DNA of 56,086 nucleotides from a virus. Its lineage: Duplodnaviria > Caudoviricetes. Positions within the stretch are counted from its first letter, which is position 1. Each line of letters starts with the position of its first letter. The translations under genes were made by a program, and so were the position numbers. The stretch covers positions 1-56,086 of IMG/VR virus record IMGVR_UViG_3300030330_003336; one strand, written 5' to 3'. Positions 26,072 to 36,500 of this stretch are shown piece after piece. Under the pieces are notes generated by a model. The model ran no database searches. It had not been told where the DNA came from and was given only the letters and a program-made list of their open reading frames with translations.

Positions 26072-27975
26072 TAGTAATTAAAGTATTTAGTCCAAAGTCT
26101 AGATCGTGATTTTAATTCATCAACATCTTTCTTTGGTGATGTTTTTTCTTTATATCTGTAATATAAATCTAAATTACCAGATTTAAGTATATCATATAAC
26201 TCTGGATCACTTTCTTGTAACACACTAAGATTACTTATTGCACCCATCATTAATTCATGTGTATCAGCAGTATCGCTCATTTGCGCTTGTTTACCTGCAC
26301 CATCTAATAATTCAGTCATAACTATTGGTAACATTTTGTAATCAATACCTGCATTCAACATACTCATTGTAACTGGAGCTGCATAAGTATCAGCTATCAT
26401 ATCAATACCAGCAAAATTATTGTTTGAATATACGGATGCTAATTGATTTTGAGCTTTATTCTTAAGAGCTATTTGTTTTTCTTTTTTCTTTTTGTCTTTA
26501 GCAAAGTTAGCAATATTTGTTCTAGTTTCAGACAATGATTTATTAATATTTTCATCTGCATCTAGTCCTGCTATATTTACATAATTCATATCTAACTCTT
26601 TATAATATACATCATCTTGGAACATATCATCTTCTTCCATTTGTATAATATAAGCTGGTTGGAATTGTATATCATCTAATGCAGCTAATTTTTCGTTTAT
26701 ACTCTTAGCCCTATTAGTAGGATCTAAATCAGCTTCCCCTTCTGTCATAAGTATTTCTTGTTTTCTACCAAACTTATCTATACCTACAGCTTTTTGACCT
26801 ACAAATATTCCTTTGATCTCCATGTCATCTAAATTCTTTTCTAGAGATAATGGACCAAGCTCATCTTCATATATCATACTGCCTCTGAAGTTATACAAAC
26901 CAACACCATCACCAAAGTCTTCAACAATAAACTTACCATCTTCAAATTGTATTCTATCACCAAATACTTGACGCAATACTTTTTCTTGCATGTCTGGATT
27001 TGTAAATATTTCACCACTTGTCTGTGCAACAACACTGTTTTTAACAATAGGTCTAGATCCTGCGTCATAGCCGACTAACATATCATAATATTGTCCAGCA
27101 CCAGATGCTTCAAATAATTGTGCGTATGAATTGTTTCTTAATTGAGCTCCTGTAGCTCGTGGTGCCATTTCTAGTCCTTTAACTAATTCTGTGCCAAGAG
27201 TTGTTTTAATTGCTTTCTCTCCAAAGTCAGCTTGTTGTATACCAGAAATACCCATACGTTTTTTAAGATATGGTATAAGTGATTCTGGATTGTTTTGTGC
27301 ATAAGTAATAAGCTCATTTGCATTTGGCTGATCAGCTACCATGTAAGAATAGTCTGCTAATAGTGTTGGTAGGTTTTCATACAAGTATGCTTCAATACCA
27401 ACATTTTCTTCAACAGTCATATTTTCTAAAAACTTAGTGTCTATCTCTCCATCAAGCTGACCTCTATAAGTAATTACATCTGTTTCACCTGCTTGAAATC
27501 TTGCTAAATTATCTCTATCTCTTAATGATAGTAAATGTCCTTTTCCGTCATTTTGTACTTGTATAATTTTTGCTAGATTTTCTTTGTTTTGTGCTACCTG
27601 ATAAACAAAATCATTATTGTTTAGTTTGTATTGATACTCAGCTATTAATCTATCTATACCAAATTGTTTTGCTCTTTCGTAGGAACCATATTGACGCAAC
27701 ATATCATTAATAGGTTGTAAATAATCATTAGATATATTTTTAATACGTTCTCTATCCTTGTCTCTTGCGTGTTGTCCAGTAAGTAATTGATTTGCAGTTT
27801 CATACGACTTATCTATCATTTGCTGCATTGCTAAACGATTCTGAGTCTCTACCTGCTGTTCTTGCTGTTGCATCTGTAAGATGCCTTGCATGTATTGCAT
27901 TTCTTGTCTACGTCTTTCCTTTTTATTAGACGAGCCAAAAAAACCACTTAATGCGTTATATCCAAATGCGTCCAT
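26071..27975 (-). CDS. Putative ejection/internal virion protein
   Basis: MDAFGYNALSGFFG followed by a Q-rich coiled coil; located between the tail and RNAP genes. Confidence 0.6.
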   Translation of the reverse strand: MDAFGYNALSGFFGSSNKKERRRQEMQYMQGILQMQQQEQQVETQNRLAMQQMIDKSYETANQLLTGQHARDKDRERIKNISNDYLQPINDMLRQYGSYERAKQFGIDRLIAEYQYKLNNNDFVYQVAQNKENLAKIIQVQNDGKGHLLSLRDRDNLARFQAGETDVITYRGQLDGEIDTKFLENMTVEENVGIEAYLYENLPTLLADYSYMVADQPNANELITYAQNNPESLIPYLKKRMGISGIQQADFGEKAIKTTLGTELVKGLEMAPRATGAQLRNNSYAQLFEASGAGQYYDMLVGYDAGSRPIVKNSVVAQTSGEIFTNPDMQEKVLRQVFGDRIQFEDGKFIVEDFGDGVGLYNFRGSMIYEDELGPLSLEKNLDDMEIKGIFVGQKAVGIDKFGRKQEILMTEGEADLDPTNRAKSINEKLAALDDIQFQPAYIIQMEEDDMFQDDVYYKELDMNYVNIAGLDADENINKSLSETRTNIANFAKDKKKKEKQIALKNKAQNQLASVYSNNNFAGIDMIADTYAAPVTMSMLNAGIDYKMLPIVMTELLDGAGKQAQMSDTADTHELMMGAISNLSVLQESDPELYDILKSGNLDLYYRYKEKTSPKKDVDELKSRSRLWTKYFNY

Positions 27976-27977
27976 AA

Positions 27978-30554
27978 TTAATCTTCTATTTGTCCAGTCT
28001 CTGTACCTGATCCTGGAAAGTTAAGTCCTACAAGTGGGTTGTTTGTATTTTGATTTATCTGATTTTGCAATTTATTATAAAACATGTTTTCATATATAGA
28101 CGACTGATCATTTAAGTTGTCAGTAATCTGTTGGAATGCCAACTGTGCAAAATTAGAAGCCCCCTGTTTGTTTCTAATCTGTTCTTGTAAATCATCTGAT
28201 CTTTCTTGTGCAGCCTTTCTATAATTATAATCCTCGTGGAATTGTAGTGCTTGACCATATTGCGCAAGATTAGATCTTTGTATTTCTGCGTCTGTTGCAG
28301 CAAAGTCAAGTAACGCAGATGCTCTTTGTGAATCTAATAAACCCGAACTAGCCAAAAATTTAGCTCTGTCACCAGCTGTACCACGCACTGCATTTTCAAT
28401 ACCTCTTTTGTATGCTGAGTCAATGTCTTTTCTGTGTTTTTCTGCTTCAGCTGGACTAAAACCCATTTTTGATAATTGCTGTACTTGATGTAAATGTTGT
28501 TTAAACATATTAGATACACCAGGCAATTCAAGAGGTTTTATTTCTTTCATTGCGTCATGGTAAGCTTGTCTACCTAAAGCTGCTGAAACTAAAGTTCCAG
28601 GACCACCTAATGCGTCTGTAATCTTTTTTACAAGCCCTAAACCTTTTGCAAGCTTATCTCCTACATCACCTAAAGAATCCCAAAAACCTTTTTTATTTTT
28701 ATCAGGATCTGAAGAAACTTCATTGTTACTATTATTTTGTTCATTAACAACATTTGCTTTTTCTGTCGCTTTAGTTACAAGATATGCATCTCTTTCTTCT
28801 TCACTATCAAAAGCAGTAATTCCATTTTCATCTTTTTCTATAACTATACCATATCTATCAAGATAGTATTTTTCATATGCATCATCACTTAATGTTGTTT
28901 CATCAAAACCGTCTTCCTCCCAATATTTAAGAGTAATGTTACTTTTTTCTACTTTGTCAGTTTTAACAACATTTGGATTTTTTTCTTCAAAGTTTTTGTA
29001 CTGATCAAGTATTAGTTGTACCTGTTCATCTGAAAATTTGCCAGGTAAAGGCAACCCTTCAACACCTTTTTCTTTAAGATAGTTATACTTTGTGTCAGCA
29101 TCAATTAATTTATCAAAGTGTAATACAAGGTTTCCATAGTCTACAGGTGCATAAACATCAACCAAACCACCAAAAGAAGATTCATCACCTCTTATGATTT
29201 CTTCTATACTCTTTCCCGATATACGCTCTATTGCATTTCTTTGTTCTTCTGTATAACTATTTTTGAATAGCTCTAAATATCCTTCTTGTATAGTTTTTGA
29301 AGTAACATTAAAATTAGCATCTTCTGCCTTTTTTAAAGCTTCTGTCAAACCTAAAGAATATGCTTGTGATTGATTAAATAAACCTCCTTCAATTACTGAT
29401 GCGCTTGTTTCAAGATAATCTTCTAAAAAACTATCTGTAAAATCTTCTAAAGGAATATTGTGAAATGGCGAATCAGGATCGGTTACTCTTAATACATCTT
29501 TTAAAAATATTTCTGCAGAACTACTAGATCCTGTTTTTGAAGCTATCTGACTAGACAGCTGTGATAGCATTTTATTTTTTAATGCCTGGTATTTAAAAGT
29601 TTTAGTATCTATGTCTTGACCAAATCTATTTTGAAAAAACAAATCTAATTTTTCACTCATAGATGAAGCTATTGCATTTCTTACATCATCATTAGAAAAA
29701 CTAGATTTTATAAAATCCTCTCTTTCTTCATCGGTGTATAAACTAAAATCTTTTTTGAGTCCTTTTTCTTTTGCAAATTTTCTTACAACATCACCAAAAA
29801 CATTCCTAAGTATTTGATTAGTAGCATCTTCTGTTAAAACACCATTTTCGTAACCATCATTAACTTGACTTTCATTATTAAAAAAATTATACTCAAAAGA
29901 AAGCGGCTTGTCTTTTGTAGCCTCACTAATTTGTTGTTCTCTTGTAGGATTACCTTGACTAAGGTTTTTTGAATCAATAACTATTTGTCTATTCTTGTAT
30001 TGATATTCAGATATGCTATCTCTTCTTGCTTGATACGCATCACTATTCGGATCATTATATCCAGCATATCTTTCAAATTTTGAAAAGCCGTTTGTTAATT
30101 CATCTGTACTTGTCGATGATGCTATACCTTGTAGTATTTTGCTGTCATTACCATCAAACTGTAATGCGAAAGTTAATTGTAGTTGTATAGCTTGTTGTAC
30201 TTCTTGTATTGTAGGTTGTTCTAAACCTAAAAATAAATTATTTAATCTATCAGAAGTAAAACCATTATCGGTCATGTATTTAAGAAGAGCTGTTTCTCTT
30301 TCTTTGTGATGTTGAAATAATCCTGAAGATGAATGACCTGTATCAGCATCATTAGGATTATAAGCAAATGGATTAAGGCTAGATTCTTTATTTATGTTTC
30401 CTAGTAATGCAGCAATAAAATCATCAGAAAAATCAGATGACTTTATATTAAAATCAGGATTGTCTTTAAAAGTTCGCATTAAAATTTGCACAATCATATC
30501 TTCATATGAAGAATATTGTGTTTGCGAAAAATCTATTTCTAATCTTTTAGCCAT
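27978..30554 (-). CDS. Putative ejection protein with N-terminal phage tail lysozyme-like domain
   Basis: AALLGNINKESSLNP...SGLFQH...RETAL...QLTF...FERYAG; C-terminal coiled coil. Confidence 0.7.
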   Translation of the reverse strand: MAKRLEIDFSQTQYSSYEDMIVQILMRTFKDNPDFNIKSSDFSDDFIAALLGNINKESSLNPFAYNPNDADTGHSSSGLFQHHKERETALLKYMTDNGFTSDRLNNLFLGLEQPTIQEVQQAIQLQLTFALQFDGNDSKILQGIASSTSTDELTNGFSKFERYAGYNDPNSDAYQARRDSISEYQYKNRQIVIDSKNLSQGNPTREQQISEATKDKPLSFEYNFFNNESQVNDGYENGVLTEDATNQILRNVFGDVVRKFAKEKGLKKDFSLYTDEEREDFIKSSFSNDDVRNAIASSMSEKLDLFFQNRFGQDIDTKTFKYQALKNKMLSQLSSQIASKTGSSSSAEIFLKDVLRVTDPDSPFHNIPLEDFTDSFLEDYLETSASVIEGGLFNQSQAYSLGLTEALKKAEDANFNVTSKTIQEGYLELFKNSYTEEQRNAIERISGKSIEEIIRGDESSFGGLVDVYAPVDYGNLVLHFDKLIDADTKYNYLKEKGVEGLPLPGKFSDEQVQLILDQYKNFEEKNPNVVKTDKVEKSNITLKYWEEDGFDETTLSDDAYEKYYLDRYGIVIEKDENGITAFDSEEERDAYLVTKATEKANVVNEQNNSNNEVSSDPDKNKKGFWDSLGDVGDKLAKGLGLVKKITDALGGPGTLVSAALGRQAYHDAMKEIKPLELPGVSNMFKQHLHQVQQLSKMGFSPAEAEKHRKDIDSAYKRGIENAVRGTAGDRAKFLASSGLLDSQRASALLDFAATDAEIQRSNLAQYGQALQFHEDYNYRKAAQERSDDLQEQIRNKQGASNFAQLAFQQITDNLNDQSSIYENMFYNKLQNQINQNTNNPLVGLNFPGSGTETGQIED

Positions 30555-31753
30555 TAGCCCATATTATTTTTTTTCCATTTACTATGATTTTTATTTATCA
30601 TAGCTATAACTTCTTCTTTAGTCATATCTTTACGATATTGCGACTTTATATGATCATATATTCCTGCTCCTGGTTTTGCTGTTTGGCCAGTAGGTTTACC
30701 TTTTTTATCCATAACAGTTCCGTCTTGTGCAACAGGTAGTGGATTGTCTTTATGACTAGCTTTTCCAGGTGTTACATTTTTTGAGTTTTCTGCTTGTTCT
30801 CTAAATATTTCAACAGCTTCATCTTCATCACCACGAGCCATAGCGTCACGCATTTCACCTTCTCTATTGTTAACTAACTCACCACCAGTAAACTCTGCTT
30901 TTGGCATTTCGCCACCTTCTGCTGCTGTTTCACCTTGTTGTATTTCTTGCTGCACTTCTGCTTGAGCTTGCGATTCAACATCTTGCATTGTGTCGTCTTC
31001 TCCAAATATTTCTTGATGTGCTCCTGGATCAAGTTGCTGTAAAAGATTAGACATTATGTTTTTACCTTGTTCTAAATTAGCAAATCCATTTTCTCCAACT
31101 GGTCCATCAAAAAAAGTATTTTTAAAAAATTGATTTTTATCTCCAAGGTTTTCTCTAATATAATTAGACATAGCTCCTTTATAGTCATTCTTAACTATAG
31201 AATCAAAAAAATCTTCGTTAGTATTACCAGTACGAATATAATCTTGTATTACAAATTGACTTTTTATTGGTAGTTTATCGAATGTATTTACACCATATTT
31301 ATTGTCAATAAACTGTTCAGCTTTTTGTTCTGATTGACTAACAATACTACCTAACATTTCTTGCATACCTTCATTTGATACAATACCAAAATCAGCTTTT
31401 GCTTTTTTTGCTTTTGTTAAATCAGAATACTCACCTACTAGAACACCTAATCCTGCTTTTACTTGATATTTACCATTTTCTAACGGATGTATAAAAGCTT
31501 CAAAAGAATCATTAACTTGACTATAGCCTTTTAGTTCTGGATTCTCTACACCTATAATAGTGTTAACATAATTAGGATATGCTTGTATTTTAAGTGCTTT
31601 ATTTATAAACGCCATACCATCTCCATCTTGAAGATTATTTTCAGAAATAAAATTTTCTATGTCGTCCATTTCATTAGCTTCGTCAAAGTGACCACCATTA
31701 TCGTACTCATCTTTTTCTGCTAACATTAATATTCTTTCTAAATTCTTATCCAT
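30554..31753 (-). CDS. Putative internal virion/cargo protein
   Basis: Acidic; YDNGG, AAEGG and EFTGGE motifs, plus GKASHKDNPL. Confidence 0.55.
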   Translation of the reverse strand: MDKNLERILMLAEKDEYDNGGHFDEANEMDDIENFISENNLQDGDGMAFINKALKIQAYPNYVNTIIGVENPELKGYSQVNDSFEAFIHPLENGKYQVKAGLGVLVGEYSDLTKAKKAKADFGIVSNEGMQEMLGSIVSQSEQKAEQFIDNKYGVNTFDKLPIKSQFVIQDYIRTGNTNEDFFDSIVKNDYKGAMSNYIRENLGDKNQFFKNTFFDGPVGENGFANLEQGKNIMSNLLQQLDPGAHQEIFGEDDTMQDVESQAQAEVQQEIQQGETAAEGGEMPKAEFTGGELVNNREGEMRDAMARGDEDEAVEIFREQAENSKNVTPGKASHKDNPLPVAQDGTVMDKKGKPTGQTAKPGAGIYDHIKSQYRKDMTKEEVIAMINKNHSKWKKNNMG

Positions 31754-33579
31754 TATCCTTGTTGTAATTGATTTTGATCATAGAATCCAGCTAATCCACT
31801 TCCTGCTCTTTGTGCAAATCCTGCTGATCCCCCACTAATATTTGGGGCGCTAGCTACCATACGAGGTACAAATCCTGGTCCTACTCCAGATGTTGCTCCT
31901 ATACCCATAGCAGAAGGTATCAAAGAAGATCTCATTTGTGGCATTTCAGGTAATGGATCAAAACGCATCTCTGGTTCTTCTTGACCTTTTCCTGTTAATG
32001 TGTCAATGCCGCCTTTTATTAATTTTGTTGCAGTTCCAAGTGTTGCGTCAATAACAGGAAAAGCAACTTTGCCAACTGCTTCCATTCCTTTTGTAGCAAC
32101 TTTTCCTGCAAACTTAACAGCGTCCATAGCAAAGTCTACCCCAGTATCTACTACTTTTTTAATAGTGCTTCCTACTGCAGATACTACTGGTTTTGCTGTA
32201 GCATCAAGAACTGTTTTAGCAGTGCTTACTACTGGTTTTAGAGCTTTGCTAGTAATTTTAGCTACAGGTTTTACTGCTGCAGTTGCAACTTTAGAAGTTG
32301 TTTTTAATGCTGTTTTACCAACTTTTCCTGTAGTCTTAATTGCTTTATCAGCTACCTTAGTTGCAGTTTTTAATCCTGTTTTAACAGGTTTTGTAGCAGC
32401 TTTCAATCCTTTAGAAACAACTTTCATAGGTTTTTTAATTACCTTACTAACAGTCTTTCTTATTTTTCTAAACAAGCCTCTTTTTCCTTTTTTTCTACGT
32501 CTTTTCCTACGTTTTCTTAAACGTCTACGAAGACCACCAAGTAAAAACAATTCTTTTTCTTGATCTTCATCACTTAAAAAATCAAATACATCTTCACCTC
32601 TAGGTACTTCGTCATATATTCCACCATCATCAAATACACCGCCTTCAGAATAGTTACCCATACCATAAGTGTTTCCATAAGCAGCTGCTCTTTGATAATA
32701 TTGTTGTGTTTGAAATTGATTAGCTGCAGCTTGTCTGTTACGCTCAATACCCTCAAGGTACATTTCTCGTATTTCAGCTTTTCTATCCGCTACTGCCTGT
32801 TCGTATTCTCTTTGAGCTTTTTGTCTTGCTCTTTTTCTTGCTTTATCTCTTTTTCTTTTACCTCCAAATAATGATAAACCTATACCTATCAACGCACCTA
32901 TTGGTCCAGCTGCCATTCCTAGTTTTGCACTCAATGCTGTACCAGCTGCTGTTGCACCTAATTTTGCTCCTATAAATGCTCCCGCACCCGCGCCAGATAT
33001 ACCAGCTCCTAACATTTCACCACCTGTAAATGTTGTTGGATCATCATCATCAAAAGCGCTTCTAACCAATCTACCTACCAAATATGTAGGAATAGCAGTT
33101 TGTGCTGTACCAGCTTTTAATCCTTGTAGGTAATTATTAGCAGCTGCTCCAAATTTAGTAGGAACTGTTGTCATTGTACTTGCACCCTCTATTGCAACGC
33201 CGCCAGATCCTGGTACAGTTTTAAATCTTATATCATGTAATAAATTACTTATCTTACCACCTGGGCCTAATGCTTTAGGAAATAAACCTGTTTTACCAAA
33301 CAAACCTTTACCAAGCTGTGCAACAGCAGGAACTACCCCTAATAGTTGTTGTGCATTTATTTTTTGTTTTTGGTCAAATGCTGGCTCTATGTATGGTACT
33401 TCAGGAAACATAGCCTGTGCAGCCGTATATGCAGTATAGTTACCCATAGCGCTAGGGTTATACGCATATTGTGGTTGCATATTTTGATACAAGTTTTGTG
33501 CTTGTGTGTTAAAGTTTCCATACGGGCTAAACAGATGACCGTATTGGTTTTGTAATGTTGTTACGTCTGTTAATGCCAT
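31753..33579 (-). CDS. Putative membrane-active cargo/ejection protein
   Basis: Gly/Ala-rich hydrophobic helices, coiled coil, YSEGG/FDDGG, an Arg/Lys run and a long K/T/A/V amphipathic helix; directly follows the tail stabilisation gene. Confidence 0.6.
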   Translation of the reverse strand: MALTDVTTLQNQYGHLFSPYGNFNTQAQNLYQNMQPQYAYNPSAMGNYTAYTAAQAMFPEVPYIEPAFDQKQKINAQQLLGVVPAVAQLGKGLFGKTGLFPKALGPGGKISNLLHDIRFKTVPGSGGVAIEGASTMTTVPTKFGAAANNYLQGLKAGTAQTAIPTYLVGRLVRSAFDDDDPTTFTGGEMLGAGISGAGAGAFIGAKLGATAAGTALSAKLGMAAGPIGALIGIGLSLFGGKRKRDKARKRARQKAQREYEQAVADRKAEIREMYLEGIERNRQAAANQFQTQQYYQRAAAYGNTYGMGNYSEGGVFDDGGIYDEVPRGEDVFDFLSDEDQEKELFLLGGLRRRLRKRRKRRRKKGKRGLFRKIRKTVSKVIKKPMKVVSKGLKAATKPVKTGLKTATKVADKAIKTTGKVGKTALKTTSKVATAAVKPVAKITSKALKPVVSTAKTVLDATAKPVVSAVGSTIKKVVDTGVDFAMDAVKFAGKVATKGMEAVGKVAFPVIDATLGTATKLIKGGIDTLTGKGQEEPEMRFDPLPEMPQMRSSLIPSAMGIGATSGVGPGFVPRMVASAPNISGGSAGFAQRAGSGLAGFYDQNQLQQG

Positions 33580-36500
33580 TAGTTGAAAGATTTACGGTAT
33601 TTAGCCATAATTGCAAAGATATTAAATTTTTCTTGAGTTCTGGCTGTTAGTTTTACTCTTAGATACGTCCCAGTTAACCTTGGATTTTTATCTACACTAT
33701 ATAAATTTCTAAGTGGTGCTCTAAGAACTCCTTCTCTATATTTATGAAGCCTGTCATTAAAAGACATATTAGTTTGATAGTATGGATTAGAAGATGTTGA
33801 TACATTCATTAAACCTATGTCACTAAAATCAGTAACAAATTCTATTTTTTCAATATATCTACCAATATCTTGTGATGCTATATTACTATTATTTGTAGCT
33901 TTATTTCTATCTACGTTATTGTTATCTGTTCCATAATAAACATTGTTGATGTCACCAACAGTCATTACAGAAGCAAAATTATCAAACTTTTTATTATCTC
34001 CTGGGGCTTCATTAATTACTTTTTCTAAATAAGCTGCGTCTATTACTGGCACACGACTATCTGTTGGAGATACTATTGTTATTGCGTCTCCTAAAGTATA
34101 AGAATCAGTAGAAGTTATATTTATTGTGGACGCATCTAATAGTCCATCAACTGAATCTATAGTTGCAACAACATTACCTAAAGAATCTTCTATGTCATAT
34201 GTGCCTGATGCATAATTTGTTCCAGGATCAATTACATTTATTGACGTAATAATACCATTGCCATCAATTGCAGATATTTCTAATTGCCCAACAAAACCTG
34301 ATATATTTTGATAATCAATAACTGCAACACTTGCGTTATTTTTTGGATGTATTTGTACATCATCAAAAAATGTAAGCTTAGGAGTAAAAATATCATCCCA
34401 TTTATATAACTGCAAAGGTCCTTCTGCAAGCTCATATACACCTCTTATATATTTTGATGGATTAAAATAATAATTTTCATTGCGCCCATAAACTCCACTA
34501 CATCCTGATCCTGCTGTAACAAAAGTTGGATTACCAGTAGGATTAGAATCAAATAAACCTGCTTGATAAACTCCACCTGTACTAAGAGTAATAAATGGTG
34601 ATCTTGCTTTTGGTGTTATCAAAGATCCTTGATGCTCTATCCATTGCTGTGGATATACAGAATATTTACTTACTACAGCATTAAGATCTTCACTTATACC
34701 AATTGTAGTAGAATAAAAAGATCTTTCTGCAAAACCTCCATTTCCTGTACCTTCTGGATATTGTGCATTTATAGATCCTATATCTGATAAATTTAATACA
34801 TTTCTACCTACAGTTTGATAACTTATAGTTCCATTGCTTGGATCTATACGTTTTCTATTAAGTACATATCTTCCTTCTGGATATTTTTCTCTATCGTATT
34901 TATCTATTCTAAGTCTATCAGAAAAAGTGTAATACACAGTGTTATTTTGATAATCAAAACCTCCATGTATACCAATAAAATATAAAGGCATATCGCCAAG
35001 ATTTACTCTTGGTGCTTTTAAATATTTTTCTCTTGTTGTTAATCTTCCGTATTCTATTGCTTTTTTGAATAAATCTCTACACCCTATTTCATCTGATAAA
35101 ACAGTAAACTGTTTAGCTGTATCAAACTTTAAAAGTTTAGCATATCTAGAATCAAAATAATAAAGACCTGATTCACTTACTACAACACTATGCATGTGTT
35201 GAGTTCCATATTTAACAGATATGTATTGATGTGATTCTATTGTATCCCCTGATCCTGTAAATAATGTTTGTCCACCAGCAGCATCTGATAAAAATGTTCG
35301 TGGATTTACAAGTAATTGTCCAAATGCATTTTCTTGAACAAAATATATTTCATTATTAAAATTAACTAATCTATTGATACCACCATGTATTGCTTCTACA
35401 TCATAAAAATTAAATATAGGAAATACTCTAAATGCATCACTTTCTTCACCTGCTAGTTTTGTTTTTGAATACGCTACCTCATATGGTAAGTCAGTATACT
35501 CACAATCTTTTCTTTTAACACTTAAATAACTTTTAGTATTGTTTTCCTGTGAATAAACGGGATTATAAAACCAATCATTAGAAAATGGTGGTGCTGTTTG
35601 ATCAAAGCCTTCTATGTGATTATTTGCTCCTAAATGATAACCACTTCTCATTTCTGTATTTACAAAAGATTCGCAAGGAAAAACAATCCATTTTGAATAA
35701 CTTTTTTCTGGATATGGTGATGTCGTCATTTGATGTGAATACATTCCTACAAAAGTATCACCACCAAAAACTGTAGTATGATGATGACCATTTAAATCAC
35801 CATGCCCTTCTCTTAGCTGATGTTTATTTCCAGCTGCAATCCATCTTGTTTTTTCTAATGCATCAATACTATTACCTCCATATTGGTTATCATTAGTTCT
35901 GTAAATATTAGCATAGTAATAAAAAGGTATTTTAGTACCTCTATGTAAACAGTCTGTGCTATTTGCTGATATATATCTTTTAGCATCTTTTGTAGCTAAA
36001 TAATCTTGATTTTCAATAATAAAATCAATGTCTTTACCACATAATTTGTCATATCCACCTTCATAATGACTTTGTATTAATATTGCTCTTGTACCCATTT
36101 GCAGAGTACTTATTGTATCATAACTAACATCACTTGCATCTAAATCTTCATGTATTTTTGCATATGAAAGATAGTTGCCCCAACTATGAGATCCATAGTG
36201 CCCAATAAATCCTAAAGTAAAGTTAGAAAATCCTGAGTTCCATACATAATGTAGTCCACTATGTTGAAGTGTAATAGAATCAAAAAAACCTTTAGAAACT
36301 ATTTCACCATCTACAATTTCTTTTGCTCTTAATATTTTTCTACTATACCAAGGAGCAAATGGTACTACATTTTTTGTTTGATTTAAGTCAGTATTTGTCA
36401 TACTTACTAAACTAGATGGGCTAAAAGCAGATACATAAGGATCAGCCATATCAAAAAAAGTAGATGTTGCTGGTTGATGAACATATTGATAATTACCACT

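Noticed and set aside
32000-32563. 187-aa + strand ORF, and similar antisense ORFs at 52923-53378, 17925-18356, 23090-23485 and 4117-4491
   Set aside because: These are shadows of biased codon usage in the real minus-strand genes, with no recognisable motifs or expression signals.
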